From positions 310,001-374,000 of the forward strand of contig NW_025964290.1 of the NCBI RefSeq assembly GCF_023055435.1: a DNA stretch of 64,000 nt, written 5' to 3'. The DNA comes from Haliotis rufescens. Lineage: Eukaryota. How positions within the stretch are numbered: position 1 is the stretch's first letter; the number at the start of each line of letters is the position of its first letter. The notes beneath the pieces were generated by a model. It worked only from the letters and a program-made list of their open reading frames with translations, had not been told where the DNA came from and did no database searches. The translations under genes and the position numbers were made by a program. Shown piece by piece: positions 10,917-24,097 of the stretch.

Positions 10917-13900
10917 CTGTACTGCCACACTCACATCAATTTCTACTACCACACAAACAGGAACTTTTACTACCACATACACAACAATCTCTATTGCCAA
11001 ACACACAACAATCTCTATTGCCACATACACAACAATCTCTATTGCCACATACACAACAATCTCTATTGTCACATACACAACAATCTCTATTGCCACATAG
11101 ACAACAATCTCTATTGCCACATAGACAACAATCTCTATTGCCAGACACACAACAATCTCTATTGCCAGACACACAACAATCTCTATTGCCAGACACACAA
11201 CAATCTCTATTGCCAGACACACAACAATCTCTATTGCCAGACACACAACAATCTCTATTGCCACATATACAACAATCTCTATTGCCACATACACAACAAT
11301 CTCTATTGCCACATACACACCAATCTCTATTGCCACATACACAACAATCTCTATTGCCAGACACACAACAATCTCTATTGCCAGACACACAACAATCTCT
11401 ATTGCCACATACACAACAATCTCTATTGCCACATACACAACAATCTCTATTGCCACATACACAACAATCTCTATTGCCACATACACAACAATCTCTATTG
11501 CCACATACACAACAATCTCTATTGCCACATACACAACAATCTCTATTGCCACATACACAACAATCTCTATTGCCACATACACAACAATCTCTATTGCCAC
11601 ATACACAACAATCTCTATTGCCACATACACAACAATTTCTATTGCCACATACACAACAATCTCTATTGTCACATACACAACAATCTCTATTGCCACATAG
11701 ACAACAATCTCTATTGCCACATAGACAACAATCTCTATTGCCACATAGACAACAATCTCTATTGCCAGACACACAACAATCTCTATTGCCACATAGACAA
11801 CAATCTCTATTGCCACATAGACAACAATCTCTATTGCCACATAGACAACAATCTCTATTGCCAGACACACAACAATCTCTATTGCCAGACACACAACAAT
11901 CTCTATTGCCAGACACACAACAATCTCTATTGCCAGACACACAACAATCTCTATTGCCAGACACACAACAATCTCTATTGCCACATATACAACAACCTCT
12001 ATTGCCACATACACAACAATCTCTATTGCCACATACACAACAATCTCTATTGTCACATACACAAAAATCTCTTTTGTCACACACACAACAATCTCTATTG
12101 CCACATACACAACAATCTCTATTGCCAGACACACAACAATCTCTATTGCCACATACACAACAATCTCTATTGCCACATACACAACAATCTCTATTGTCAC
12201 ACACACAACATTCTCTATTGCCAGACACACAACAATCTCTATTGCCACATACACAACAATCTCTATTGCAAGACACACAGCAATCTCTATTGCCAGACAC
12301 ACAGCAATCTCTGTTGCCAGACACACAACAATCTCTATTGCCACATACACAACAATCTCTATTGTCACACACACAACAATCTCTATTGCCAGACACACAA
12401 CAATCTCTATTGCCAGACACACAACAATCTCTATTGCCAGACACACAACAATCTCTATTGCCACATACACAACAATCTCTATTGCCACATACACAACAAT
12501 CTCTATTGCCACATACACAACAATCTCTATTGCCACATACACAACAATCTCTATTGCCAGACACACAACAATCTCTATTGCCAGACACACAACAATCTCT
12601 ATTGCCACATAGACAACAATCTGTATTGCCACATACACAACAATCTCTATTGCCACATACACAACAATCTCTATTGCCACATACACAACAATCTCTATTG
12701 CCACATACACAACAATCTCTATTGCCACATACACAACAATCTCTATTGCCACATACATAACAATCTCTATTGCCACATACACAACAATCTCTATTGTCAC
12801 ATACACAACAATCTCTATTGCCACATAGACAACAATCTCTATTGCCACATAGACAACAATCTCTATTGCCAGACACACAGCAATCTCTATTGCCAGACAC
12901 ACAACAATCTCTTTTGCCAGACACACAACAATCTCTATTGCCAGACACACAACAATCTCTATTGCCAGACACACAACAATCTCTATTGCCACATCTACAA
13001 CAACCTCTATTGCCACATACACAACAACCTCTATTGCCACATACACAACAATCTCTATTGTCACATACACAAAAATCTCTTTTGTCACACACACAACAAT
13101 CTCTATTGCCAGACACACAACAATCTCTATTGCCACATACACAACAATCTCTATTGCCACATACACAACAATCTCTATTGCCACATACACAACAATCTCT
13201 ATTGTCACACACACAACATTCTCTATTGCCAGACACACAACAATCTCTATTGCCACATACACAACAATCTCTATTGCCAGACACACAGCAATCTCTATTG
13301 CCAGACACACAACAATCTCTATTGCCAGACACACAACAATCTCTATTGCCAGACACACAACAATCTCTATTGCCAGACACACAACAATCTCTATTGCCAG
13401 ACACACAACAATCTCTATTGCCACATACACAACAATCTCTATTGTCACACACACAACAATCTCTATTGCCAGACACACAACAATCTCTATTGCCAGACAC
13501 ACAACAATCTCTATTGCCAGACACACAACAATCTCTATTGCCACATACACAACAATCTCTATTGCCACATACACAACAATCTCTATTGCCACATACACAA
13601 CAATCTCTATTGCCAGACACACAACAATCTCTATTGCCAGACACACAACAATCTCTATTGCCAGACACACAACAATCTCTATTGCCACATACACAACAAT
13701 CTCTATTGCCACATACACAACAATCTCTATTGCCACATACACACCAATCTCTATTGCCACATACACAACAATCTCTATTGCCAGACACACAACAATCTCT
13801 ATTGCCAGACACACAACAATCTCTATTGCCACATAGACAACAATCTCTATTGCCACATACACAACAATCTCTATTGCCACATACACAACAATCTCTATTG

Positions 13901-14445
13901 TCACACACACAACAATCTCTATTGCCAGACACACAACAATCTCTATTGCCAGACACACAACAATCTCTATTGCCAGACACACAACAATCTCTATTGCCAC
14001 ATACACAACAATCTCTATTGCCACATACACAACAATCTCTATTGCCACATACACAACAATCTCTATTGCCAGACACACAACAATCTCTATTGCCAGACAC
14101 ACAACAATCTCTATTGCCACATACACAACAATCTCTTTTGCCACATACACAACAATCTCTATTGTCACACACACAACAATCTCTATTGTCACACACACAA
14201 CAATCTCTATTGTCACACACACAACAACCTCTAATGTCACACACACAACAATATCTATTGTCACACACACAACAATCTCTATTGCCAGACACACAAAAAT
14301 CTCTATTGCCACATAGACAACAATCTCTATTGTCACATAGACAACAATCTCTATTGTCACACACACAACAATCTCTATTGTCACACACACAACAATCTCT
14401 ATTGTCACACACACAACAATCTCTATTGTCACGCACACAACAATC
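10917..14445. repeat. 24-bp minisatellite x~147
   Basis: ACACAACAATCTCTATTGCCACAT / ...CCAGAC variant units over 3.5 kb. Confidence 0.98.
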
Positions 14446-14880
14446 ATTACCAGCGCAAACACTAGAACGTGCTATTGTCTCGTAACATAATCGCCTCATG
14501 GCTCTGACGTCATGTATGTTTTGTCTGGCGGAAATAAGACCACAGCTACTGACTTCATGACGCTGAATTATTTTAAAGGTCAGACATTTAGAAGGGGAGA
14601 TAAACATACTAGCATTCCATGTTTCCACTCGAGTTACTCGTCCTCTCTGATGGTAAATACAACCTATTAACATGACATACATCACGCGCACATTAACTAC
14701 AAATACACATTCATTAGTCGCATATTTCCTGTAATCCAACGTTTACATCTCACGAAGGCAGACGGTGATATATGGCGTAGAGCAGATAGGTTATAAACTG
14801 ACGATGGTATCCATGTTGGATATACATCGATCACTTGTCTGTTTCAGAAGTGCAGACACCATGAAGCCACACCGCACCAC

Positions 14881-15030
14881 GAGTGAGTGAGTGAGAATGT
14901 TTTTATGCCGCTTTTAGCAATATTCCAGCTATATCACGGCAGGGGACACCAGAAATGGGCTTCACACATTGTACCTATGTCGGGAATCGAACCCGCGAAC
15001 GCTTTAAACACTAGGCTAGCCGACCGCCCC
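14881..15030 (-). mobile_element. SINE family B copy (small internal deletion)
   Basis: Shares GGGGACACCAGAAATGGGCTTCACACATTGTACC and GGGAATCGAACCC with the other B copies. Confidence 0.85.
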
Positions 15031-15184
15031 TTAACACAGAAACTACTGGCTGGTATTGTGGACATTGTCAGGTCTGCACTGCACACAGACTGGAATACTT
15101 GATTTGTTGTCACAGCCAAGTACAATTTTCGCTTTCAAGAATCCCACGAAATCTGTTTGATAGGCACGGCTTAGAAGCTGACGG

Positions 15185-15342
15185 ATGACAAAGTAGACAC
15201 ACTTTATGGAAAACAACTTCTTAATTTACGGTAAAGGAGACGTTTCGTAATGATCCTTATACCGTTGTCAAACCTATACCGAAACGCCGCCTGTACAGTA
15301 CATCAAGCAGTTGTTTTCCATAAACTGTGTCTAATTTGCCAT
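15185..15342. mobile_element. Inverted-repeat element (~60-bp arms), Penelope-like remnant or MITE
   Basis: Arm ATGACAAAGTAGACACACTTTATGGAAAACAACTTCTT...ACGTTTCG pairs with CGAAACG...AAGCAGTTGTTTTCCATAAACTGTGTCTAATTTGCCAT. Confidence 0.65.
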
Positions 15343-15569
15343 GAAAAGGGTGATTGTTTGGACAGTTTGACTCTCAGCGCCTTTACATGCTTCATATACC
15401 TACAGGGTCGTGATTGCTACTAGAACCCGCAACAATAAGCTCATACCTAATTGAAAAAAGTCATTCGTGACCCGGGATATATTTAGCCGGTATCGGCCGG
15501 GTGTATCCAGGCGTCATGTTGTGACTTATACCCGCAATCCCTCGACAGACTTAGGCGGATACACAACTG

Positions 15570-15735
15570 TGTGTGACGTCTCACCTAATCAGCAGATTTC
15601 TCCCTCCACCAGTTCCCCAATCACAAGTCAAGGTAAGAGTCAAGTTGTTGTGACTTGGCACGCACACGGGTAGAACACCCCACCTGTCAGTACCCGCCTC
15701 ATGTACCCGGTCATGAAGCAGTCTGTCACTTGGCC
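15570..15735 (+). repeat. 166-bp block duplicated at 19057-19222
   Basis: Identical by eye (TGTGTGACGTCTCACC...GTCACTTGGCC). Confidence 0.92.
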
Positions 15736-16652
15736 ATGGGTGGTAGACACAGTCGCACTACACGCCAGCACCCTGGGAGTCTAATACGGTCCCTCAGCGT
15801 CCAAACCCCACCCGACATACCCGTGAAGGGGGTGACGAGATCGAACTCTCAGAGTAGTTCAAGGTCAGTCTGTTGAAATGTGCCTTTATTGTTGAAACCC
15901 TCCGTCTACCCTCTCTTTGTATACAACATGACACAATATCTATATTAAGACGCCTCTTTGTTGTAAGTATTACCAGTTGTGTGGACCACACGCGCCATAA
16001 CCTGGGCTTTCTGTGTCCCGGTCACTCTGGACTCAGTTCAGATTAGAAAGTATTGCCCAGCGAGAACATCAGCGTGGCCTGAGGTCACCAAAGCGGAAAC
16101 AATTGCAGTGGCTGTTTGCGCGGCATATCGACATGAAGCTTGATGACCTTGTCAGCTGATCGGGGAAGGTCAGGCCGATACTCTACATTCTCCGCAACGA
16201 TTCATTCCCTTGGCGGTGCAGTAGGTTTACTGATGTGTAGCAGCCGCATCACGTCTAGGGAATGACGACGAATACTTGGAGGGGGTTCAGGGGATTTACT
16301 GTGTCTGTTCAGTCTGGGATATGTAGATCCCAACACAATGTGGTGTAATGTGTATAAGGCTGATAATACCCTATACAAAATAAGGTGGAATTAGATTACA
16401 AGAATCTATAAGTATACAGACGTATTATTACATTTACTATATACCGTGAGCGTCAATGTACGCATATGTTACACAATACAATAAGAACAACCATCAGTAT
16501 ATTATTACACCACAAATCCCATTTATATGACACAATACACATCAAAATATAACAATATGTACATATAACTATTAGCACACAAATACCAACCTCGTCCTTG
16601 GGACACAGGCACATCACGGCGAAGACAACAGTCACGCTCTATATGAACCTCT

Positions 16653-16812
16653 TATGCCCAATAATAAAATGACATAATTGTGTAAGATGTATATTATACG
16701 CACACGGACATGCTTTCTCTCTGCCTCCATCTCACACTCACAGAGTCGTAGATGCACTACATCAGTACATATTTACCAGTACTATTCATTTAACTGTGTA
16801 CATAATAACCAG
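16653..16812 (+). repeat. 160-bp block duplicated at 19233-19392
   Basis: Identical by eye (TATGCCCAATAATAAAATG...CATAATAACCAG). Confidence 0.92.
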
Positions 16813-19056
16813 TAAGTACAGTTAAAGGACTGAAAAACAATAAATCTCCGGGACCTGATGGGCTCACAAACGAACATATTAAGTATGCGGGAAGATCTTT
16901 ATTAAAGCATATTATGGTATTATTCAATGCTATTATTAAACATGAATATATACCCAAAATGTATCATATTGGCGAAATCTTACCAGTACATAAGGGACGA
17001 GGAAAAAGTAAAAGTGATCCATCTAACTACAGGGGCATAACACTAACTTCAGTCCTAAGTAAGCTTTTCGAAAGAATGCTTCTCAACAGAATCGAAAAAT
17101 GGATAAGCGACGATGTAACCTTCCCTCACCCACTACAGTTTGGATTTAGAAAAAATGCTGGTGCTGAAACGGCGGCTCTCACTCTTCTAGAAAGTATTTC
17201 ATACTTTAACGAAAGAAACTCACCAGTTTATTGTGCCTTCCTCGATAACGAGAAAGCCTTCGATCGTGTTTGGCTTGACGGTCTCTTCTACAAATTACAT
17301 AAATTTGGTATCAATGGTAAAGTATGGAGAATTCTACGTTTGTCTTACAATTCTATGTACTCATGTGTTAGCTTTGCTGGCTTCAAATCTGATGTTTTCC
17401 CTGTTAAACAGGGTGTAGGTCAGGGTCGTGTCATATCAGCATGGCTCTTTACTCTTTATATAAACGATTTGCTTCATGAACTAAGCAATTCCGGTTGTGG
17501 ACTATGTCTCCCATGGGGACGATGCCCAGGAATACTGTTAGCAGACGACACGACCTTGATCAGCTGTAACACAACAGGTCTTCAAATGCTCCTAAACGTT
17601 GCAGAAAATTATGGTAACAAGTGGCAGTTAAAATACAATGTGTTCAAAAGTGCTGTCCTAACTTTTGGATGTAGTAAAAAAATAGTGTCGCCTGAACATC
17701 TTTACATTGGTAAGATAAAATTACCTGTTCAAAAGGCAATTGTCTATGCGGGAGTGTACATAAGTACTGCTAAAACTTCGGTAGAAAGAACGAGGTTAGC
17801 ATGTGAAAAACTGAGAAAATTGATAAATGTAAACCATGATTCTGGCCTGTACTTTGGTGGACTTAATCCTATAGCCGCCGTGCGCATCTGGCAACGAGTG
17901 ATATTACCCTGTGGCTTATATGGATGTAATGTGTGGGGAAAACTATCATTAAAGGAATATGAAATGCTAGAAATCACTCAACGCTATTTCTGTAAGAAAA
18001 TCCAGGGTTTTAATAAGCGTATGCCTAAAGAAATAGAGAGGGACACAATTGGTGTTATATCAGTACAAGGATACATTGATCAACAAAAGCTTTTGCTCCT
18101 TGGTAAGCTATGTAATTCAAACCTAATGTATATTTTCAAACAAATGTTTCTAGCCCGACTTGGACAGTTTAGATATAAAACAACACTAGTTAATAAGAAC
18201 AAGTGGGACACGAAATCACCCATCTTTAGCATGCTACATCTTGTCTCCAAATATAATTTATCTGACGAGGTTAATGATTATATAATGTGTTCAAATTTCA
18301 TCAAGAAACGATTATGGTCAAAACTGGTGAAAGAAAAGATTCACCTACACGAAAAACAATTACTAAACAATGCGTTTCTGAGCAGATTATCTCTGTCAAG
18401 ATATCTAACAATACGATCTGGACGAGAACATAGATTATGGAAACTTGCTCTCGATAGACCAGAATATTTTACTTCCTTAGCTAGACTAGTTCGCTTAGGT
18501 TCAATGCCAATAGAATCAAAGGAATGTATTTGTGGAACAGTTGCGAATGATATAGTGAAACACGTTTTCATGTCATGTCAAAAGAATTTAGAAGAAAGAA
18601 ATATCATATTTGATAAAATCATTGATTTGCTTGATGTTAAAATATTTGTGAGAATCTGGGCAGACGATGACACCTTTCTGACTTTTTGGCTTGGCGGTTT
18701 ACCTGAACAACTTGAAGTAGAATTAGACTACAATGTATGGGCAGAGAGCATGATAAATATTGGTGGTGCAGTAAAAAAGTGGGATGAAGTCATCCGAAGC
18801 TGCTTATACTAAACAATGTATGTATTGTAAACAAGTGTACATTTGTAAATAACACATGCTTATTGTCCATCTAATAACACAAATAATCAATACGATACAT
18901 ATGTATAATATTTTTTATGAACTACTTCTGACATATATGTAATATATATATGTATGTGTGTGTGCACATTTATACTATAGATGTTGTCCTTTCACTGTAT
19001 ACCTTGTACTCTTCATGAAATGGAGGAAATAAAGAAGATCTATCTATCTATCTATC
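16813..19056 (+). mobile_element. 5'-truncated non-LTR retrotransposon (LINE; RTE-X/CR1-like, clade uncertain)
   Basis: Frame is open from the junction (VKGLKNNKSPGPDG). RT ORF, 3' UTR, AATAAA and (ATCT)n tail follow. No endonuclease domain is present. Confidence 0.92.
16914..18812 (+). CDS. LINE ORF2 fragment: reverse transcriptase plus C-terminal Cys/His motif
   Basis: SNYRGITLTS.LSKLFE, QFGFR, FLDNEKAFD, GVGQG..IS..LF..YINDL, LADD, and C-terminal CICG...KHVFMSC. No stops over 632 aa. Confidence 0.9.
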   Translation: MVLFNAIIKHEYIPKMYHIGEILPVHKGRGKSKSDPSNYRGITLTSVLSKLFERMLLNRIEKWISDDVTFPHPLQFGFRKNAGAETAALTLLESISYFNERNSPVYCAFLDNEKAFDRVWLDGLFYKLHKFGINGKVWRILRLSYNSMYSCVSFAGFKSDVFPVKQGVGQGRVISAWLFTLYINDLLHELSNSGCGLCLPWGRCPGILLADDTTLISCNTTGLQMLLNVAENYGNKWQLKYNVFKSAVLTFGCSKKIVSPEHLYIGKIKLPVQKAIVYAGVYISTAKTSVERTRLACEKLRKLINVNHDSGLYFGGLNPIAAVRIWQRVILPCGLYGCNVWGKLSLKEYEMLEITQRYFCKKIQGFNKRMPKEIERDTIGVISVQGYIDQQKLLLLGKLCNSNLMYIFKQMFLARLGQFRYKTTLVNKNKWDTKSPIFSMLHLVSKYNLSDEVNDYIMCSNFIKKRLWSKLVKEKIHLHEKQLLNNAFLSRLSLSRYLTIRSGREHRLWKLALDRPEYFTSLARLVRLGSMPIESKECICGTVANDIVKHVFMSCQKNLEERNIIFDKIIDLLDVKIFVRIWADDDTFLTFWLGGLPEQLEVELDYNVWAESMINIGGAVKKWDEVIRSCLY

Positions 19057-20094
19057 TGTGTGACGTCTCACCTAATCAGCAGATTTCTCCCTCCACCAGT
19101 TCCCCAATCACAAGTCAAGGTAAGAGTCAAGTTGTTGTGACTTGGCACGCACACGGGTAGAACACCCCACCTGTCAGTACCCGCCTCATGTACCCGGTCA
19201 TGAAGCAGTCTGTCACTTGGCCTAGTCTGTCATATGCCCAATAATAAAATGACATAATTGTGTAAGATGTATATTATACGCACACGGACATGCTTTCTCT
19301 CTGCCTCCATCTCACACTCACAGAGTCGTAGATGCACTACATCAGTACATATTTACCAGTACTATTCATTTAACTGTGTACATAATAACCAGCTAACTCA
19401 CACAAGACTTGCTGCACTCAAATACTACTGTACAATATATTACTGACATCTGTAGCTGTATGCTATAAATTATTGCTGAAAATAAACGTATTTCTAACAG
19501 CTACAGCTACAGTTACAGCTACAGCTACAAGCTATAAACAATACACATTACTGAAGGCACCTCATAACAATATAGTAGTTCAACAGTCTAATTATATTAT
19601 GTTCCAAATGGTTACTTAAGTCATTGCTAATCACAATGTATACTAATGTATCATGAAGAATAAATAATATATTTACAACTTTGCGTAGATTGTTGATATA
19701 ACAGATATGCAATTAAAATGATAAAAGTATATTAACAAGACTAAAATACTAGATCCTAACCTCCTTATGATAAATATAAATACTACATAAGCATAATTAA
19801 CTTTTCATGCAGAGTTGAAAGGCAGCAGTGACCAGAGGAGAGAAATATTGAAGTGTATAAAGCTAAAAACCTGGTCACATGCTACAGAAACACTAGAATA
19901 GGCAATCACTGGCCAAGCTGTGGCTGGACCATATCACAAAAGGCCTCACATAACTACTTTACCTAAGGATGAGTAGAGAGTGCTCGGGGCAGTTTAATAC
20001 TAATGCTGATACGTCGTAAAACAATATTCATTCATTCAGGTCAGTTTAAGGTTCTACAGCTGTATTCAAATAAATTATTTACCCAAGTTGAATC

Positions 20095-21128
20095 GTATGA
20101 CATGTTCCCCTAGTGATTCACCTGTGTGATGTATTCCCCTAGTGATGAAGTTGTATGACTTACTCCCCTAGTGATGAAGTTGTATGACTAATTCCCCTAG
20201 TGATGAAGTTGTATGACGTATTCCCCTAGTGATGAAGTTGTATGACTTATTCCCCTAGTGATGAAGTTGTATGACTTATTCCCCTAGTGATTCAGTTGTA
20301 TGACGTATTCCCCTAGTGATGAAGTTGTATGACTTATTCCCCGAGTGATGCAGCTGTGTAACGTATTCCCCGAGTGATGAAGTTGTATGACTTATTCCCC
20401 TAGTGATGAAGTTGTATGACTTATTCCCCGAGTGATGCAGCTGTGTAACGTATTCCCCGAGTGATGCAGCTGTGTAACGTATTCCCCGAGTGATGCAGAC
20501 TGTGTAACGTATTCCCCAAGTGATGCGCCTGTGTAACGTATTCCCCGAGTGATGCAGCCTGTGTAACGTATTCCCCCAGTGATGCGCCTGTGTAACGTAT
20601 TCCCCGAGTGATGCAGCCTGTGTAACGTATTCCCCTAGTGATGCAGCCTGTGTAACGTATTCCCCCAGTGATGCAGCCTGTGTAACGTATTCCCCGAGTG
20701 ATGCAGCCTGTGTAACGTATTCCCCCAGTGATGCAGCCTGTGTAACGTATTCCCCTAGTGATGCAGCCTGTGTAACGTATTCCCCGAGTGATGCAGCCTG
20801 TGTAACGTATTCCCCCAGTGATGCAGCCTGTGTAACGTATTCCCCTAGTGATGCAGCCTGTGTAACGTATTCCCCGAGTGATGCAGCCTGTGTAACGTAT
20901 TCCCCCAGTGATGCAGCCTGTGTAACGTATTCCCCTAGTGATGCAGCCTGTGTAACGTATTCCCCGAGTGATGCAGCCTGTGTAACGTATTCCCCCAGTG
21001 ATGCAGCTGTGTAACGTATTCCCCCAGTGATGCGCCTGTGTAACGTATTCCCCGAGTGATGCGCCTGTGTAACGTATTCCCCCAGTGATGCAGCCTGTGT
21101 AACGTATTCCCCGAGTGATGCAGCCTGT
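20095..21128. repeat. 29/30-bp minisatellite with two variant domains
   Basis: GTGATGAAGTTGTATGACTTATTCCCCTA grading into GTGATGCAGCCTGTGTAACGTATTCCCCGA. Confidence 0.95.
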
Positions 21129-21439
21129 TCGACTGTTTGCCCTGTTGTATGACGCGATCCGGACCTCCATATTCAAGGTGATCCTAACGCTTCATTAATC
21201 GTAGTCTAGTTTAAAGTTGAGGAGGTATAGCAGTCCTATGCTCACGGTGTGGAACGAGGCCCTGTCGTTTAATGTGCAGGTGGATGGTCCGGGGTGTTGT
21301 TTACGGCAGGTTGTATTTACCCATAAAGAAATCCAATGTGTTCTCTCGTTGAGACCTATATCACTTCACCTTCCCATGCTGAGTATGTAGGGCGCTGAAT
21401 ATATTCGACGTAGTCTTGTATCAATAGCAGTGTGTGGAT

Positions 21440-22062
21440 GGCCTCGATGGATGGATGGATGCATGGACGGCTGAGGGGGTCGTTGACGGCAATGGTGGGG
21501 TAGTTAGGTGTATGCTGGGTAGAATGGTCGGTGGATGAGGGAGATAATGGACAGGTGGCTGGATGGAAGATGGTGGATGAGGAAAGAAAAGGATGGGTGG
21601 TGGATGGTTTGAGATAGGTGGTGGGTGGTTTGATATGAGAGGTGGGTGGTTTGATATGAGAGGTGGGTGGTTTGAGATGGGTGGTGGGTGGTTTGAGATA
21701 GGTGGCGGGTGGTTGACAATGCAAGGATGATTGATGGACGAAGGCCTGATGGGTGGTTTGAGATGGGTGATGGGTGATTTGAGATGGGTGATGGGTGGTT
21801 GACAATGCATGGATGATTGATGGACGATGGCCTGGTGGGTGGTTTGATATGAGAGGTGGGTGGTTTGAGATGGGTGATGGGTGGTTGACAATGCAAGGAT
21901 GATTGATGGACGATGGCCTGGTGGGTGGTTTGAGATGGGTGATGGGTGATTTGAGATGGGTGATGGGTGGTTGACAATGCAAGGATGATTGATGGACGAT
22001 GGCCTGGTGGGTGGTTTGGGATGGTCGGTGGGTGGTGGGTGATTGACAATGCAAGGATTATT
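21440..22062. repeat. Complex GGT/GAT-rich tandem repeat
   Basis: Recurrent GGTGGTTTGAGATGGGTGATG and TTGACAATGCAAGGATGATTGATGGACG modules. Confidence 0.85.
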
Positions 22063-22611
22063 GATCCACAGAAATGCGGCTGAACGAGGTGTAGCTAGTC
22101 CCTTGACTGGTTTTACTACCCATAATTCTGTGCTTTGGAGATTGAGTACACACGTCACAACACATTCACTTGATAGGCTTAACGTTATCGCTTTGGTGTG
22201 AAATGAACAACATCTCAACATTCATTAGTCTATTGAAAGGTAGATCTGTTCCAGATCTGTTAACTGAAACGATAAAAAAAAGTCTCAAACGTAACCACAC
22301 GTCTGTTGCCATGTCAACACGAGATGTATGTCAACAATCTACAACTTGTGTATGCAGACGTATTTATCAAAGGAAAATAATAAAAACACTTTTCAGCGAA
22401 TCCAATATTTGTGTATAAGTGTAACATCACTAAAACTGATCACCTAAACTCAGCTGTCATACAATGATCAACAATTCTGTCCTGGCGAGTGTTAACCCCG
22501 TACTCCTGGGCAATCTGATTGTCAAGTTAAGCTCTCGTCCATCAATGAATAATCAATCAATTATACTGAAACACACAGTTTGCTATCAAGAAGGCAATTC
22601 AATGGGTCAAA

Positions 22612-23805
22612 TAGTTGTCGGTAGCAGCAATAAGTAACAGGGCCTGGAGTTTATGTGCATTCACGAATGTTAGGGTTAGGGTTAGGGTTAGGGTTAGGGT
22701 TAGGGTTAGGGTTAGGGTTAGGGTTAGGGTTAGGGTTACAGTTGTTTGTAGCAGCAATAAGTAACAAGGCCTTGAGTTAGGGTTAGGGTTAGGTTAGGGT
22801 TAGGGTGAGGGTTGGGTTAGGGTTAGGGTTAGGGTTAGGGTTAGGGTTAGGGTTAGGGTAACAGTTGTTGGTAGCAGCAATAAGNNNNNNNNNNNNNNNN
22901 NNNNNNNNNNNNNNNNNNNNNNNNNNNNNNNNNNNNNNNNNNNNNNNNNNNNNNNNNNNNNNNNNNNNNNNNNNNNNNNNNNNNNNNNNNNNNNNNNNNN
23001 NNNNNNNNNNNNNNNNNNNNNNNNNNNNNNNNNNNNNNNNNNNNNAGCAATAAGTAACAGGGCCTTGAGTTAGGGTTAGGGTTAGGGTTAGGTTAGGGTT
23101 AGGGTGAGGGTTGGGCTAGGGTTAGGGTTAGGGTTAGGGTTAGGGTTAGGGTTAGGGTAACAGTTGTTGGTAGCAGCAATAANNNNNNNNNNNNNNNNNN
23201 NNNNNNNNNNNNNNNNNNNNNNNNNNNNNNNNNNNNNNNNNNNNNNNNNNNNNNNNNNNNNNNNNNNNNNNNNNNNNNNNNNNNNNNNNNNNNNNNNNNN
23301 NNNNNNNNNNNNNNNNNNNNNNNNNNNNNNNNNNNNNNNNNNNNNNNNNNNNNNNNNNNNNNNNNNNNNNNNNNNNNNNNNNNNNNNNNNNNNNNNNNNN
23401 NNNNNNNNNNNNNNNNNNNNNNNNNNNNNNNNNNNNNNNNNNNNNNNNNNNNNNNNNNNNNNNNNNNNNNNNNNNNNNNNNNNNNNNNNNNNNNNNNNNN
23501 NNNNNNNNNNNNNNNNNNNNNNNNNNNNNNNNNNNNNNNNNNNNNNNNNNNNNNNNNNNNNNNNNNNNNNNNNNNNNNNNNNNNNNNNNNNNNNNNNNNN
23601 NNNNNNNNNNNNNNNNNNNNNNNNNNNNNNNNNNNNNNNNNNNNNNNNNNNNNNNNNNNNNNNNNNNNNNNNNNNNNNNNNNNNNNNNNNNNNNNNNNNN
23701 NNNNNNNNNNNNNNNNNNNNNNNNNNNNNNNNNNNNNNNNNNNNNNNNNNNNNNNNNNNNNNNNNNNNNNNNNNNNAGCAATAAGTAACAGGGCCTGGAG
23801 TTAAT
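22612..23805 (+). repeat. Interstitial telomeric (TTAGGG)n blocks alternating with a ~40-bp spacer; two assembly gaps
   Basis: At least three (TTAGGG)~11-13 tracts, each bounded by CAGTTGTTGGTAGCAGCAATAAGTAACAGGGCCTTGAG. N runs at 22885-23045 and 23183-23776. Confidence 0.93.
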
Positions 23806-24097
23806 GTACAGAATATTGTCATTGTTGATTGTGATGAAGAAGGAATATCCCCGTGCTTAAATCTAGAAAACCGTTGGAAGCTGGCACCATGTCGGTATCT
23901 GGACAAGTATCCGAACTCGAAAGTAGATTAGAAACACGTCAGGTTTAATTTGAGCCGACCGCTTCTAGAAATGGTTACATCTATCATATTCAAAGGGCAG
24001 ATAACTCCATCACTCACTTTGTCACTCTGTTCTATCAAGCACTTCATATGGCACTGCCACTCACTCACTCACTCACTCTCACTGTTTCAGACCGGTC

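Noticed and set aside
10757-14739. 1100-1270 aa His/Cys-rich ORFs ([16 protein letters not shown]) resembling metal-binding or keratin-associated proteins
   Set aside because: A 24-bp array open in four frames on both strands; substitutions show no codon-position bias.
15736-16652. Possible coding remnant in segment X (CGEC motif on the minus strand)
   Set aside because: Stops occur within a few codons and no domain is recognisable.
22612-23805. Repeat-spacer layout resembling a CRISPR array; X-filled ORFs
   Set aside because: Eukaryotic context, the intervening sequence is TTAGGG rather than unique spacers, there are no cas genes, and the ORFs are N-gap artefacts.
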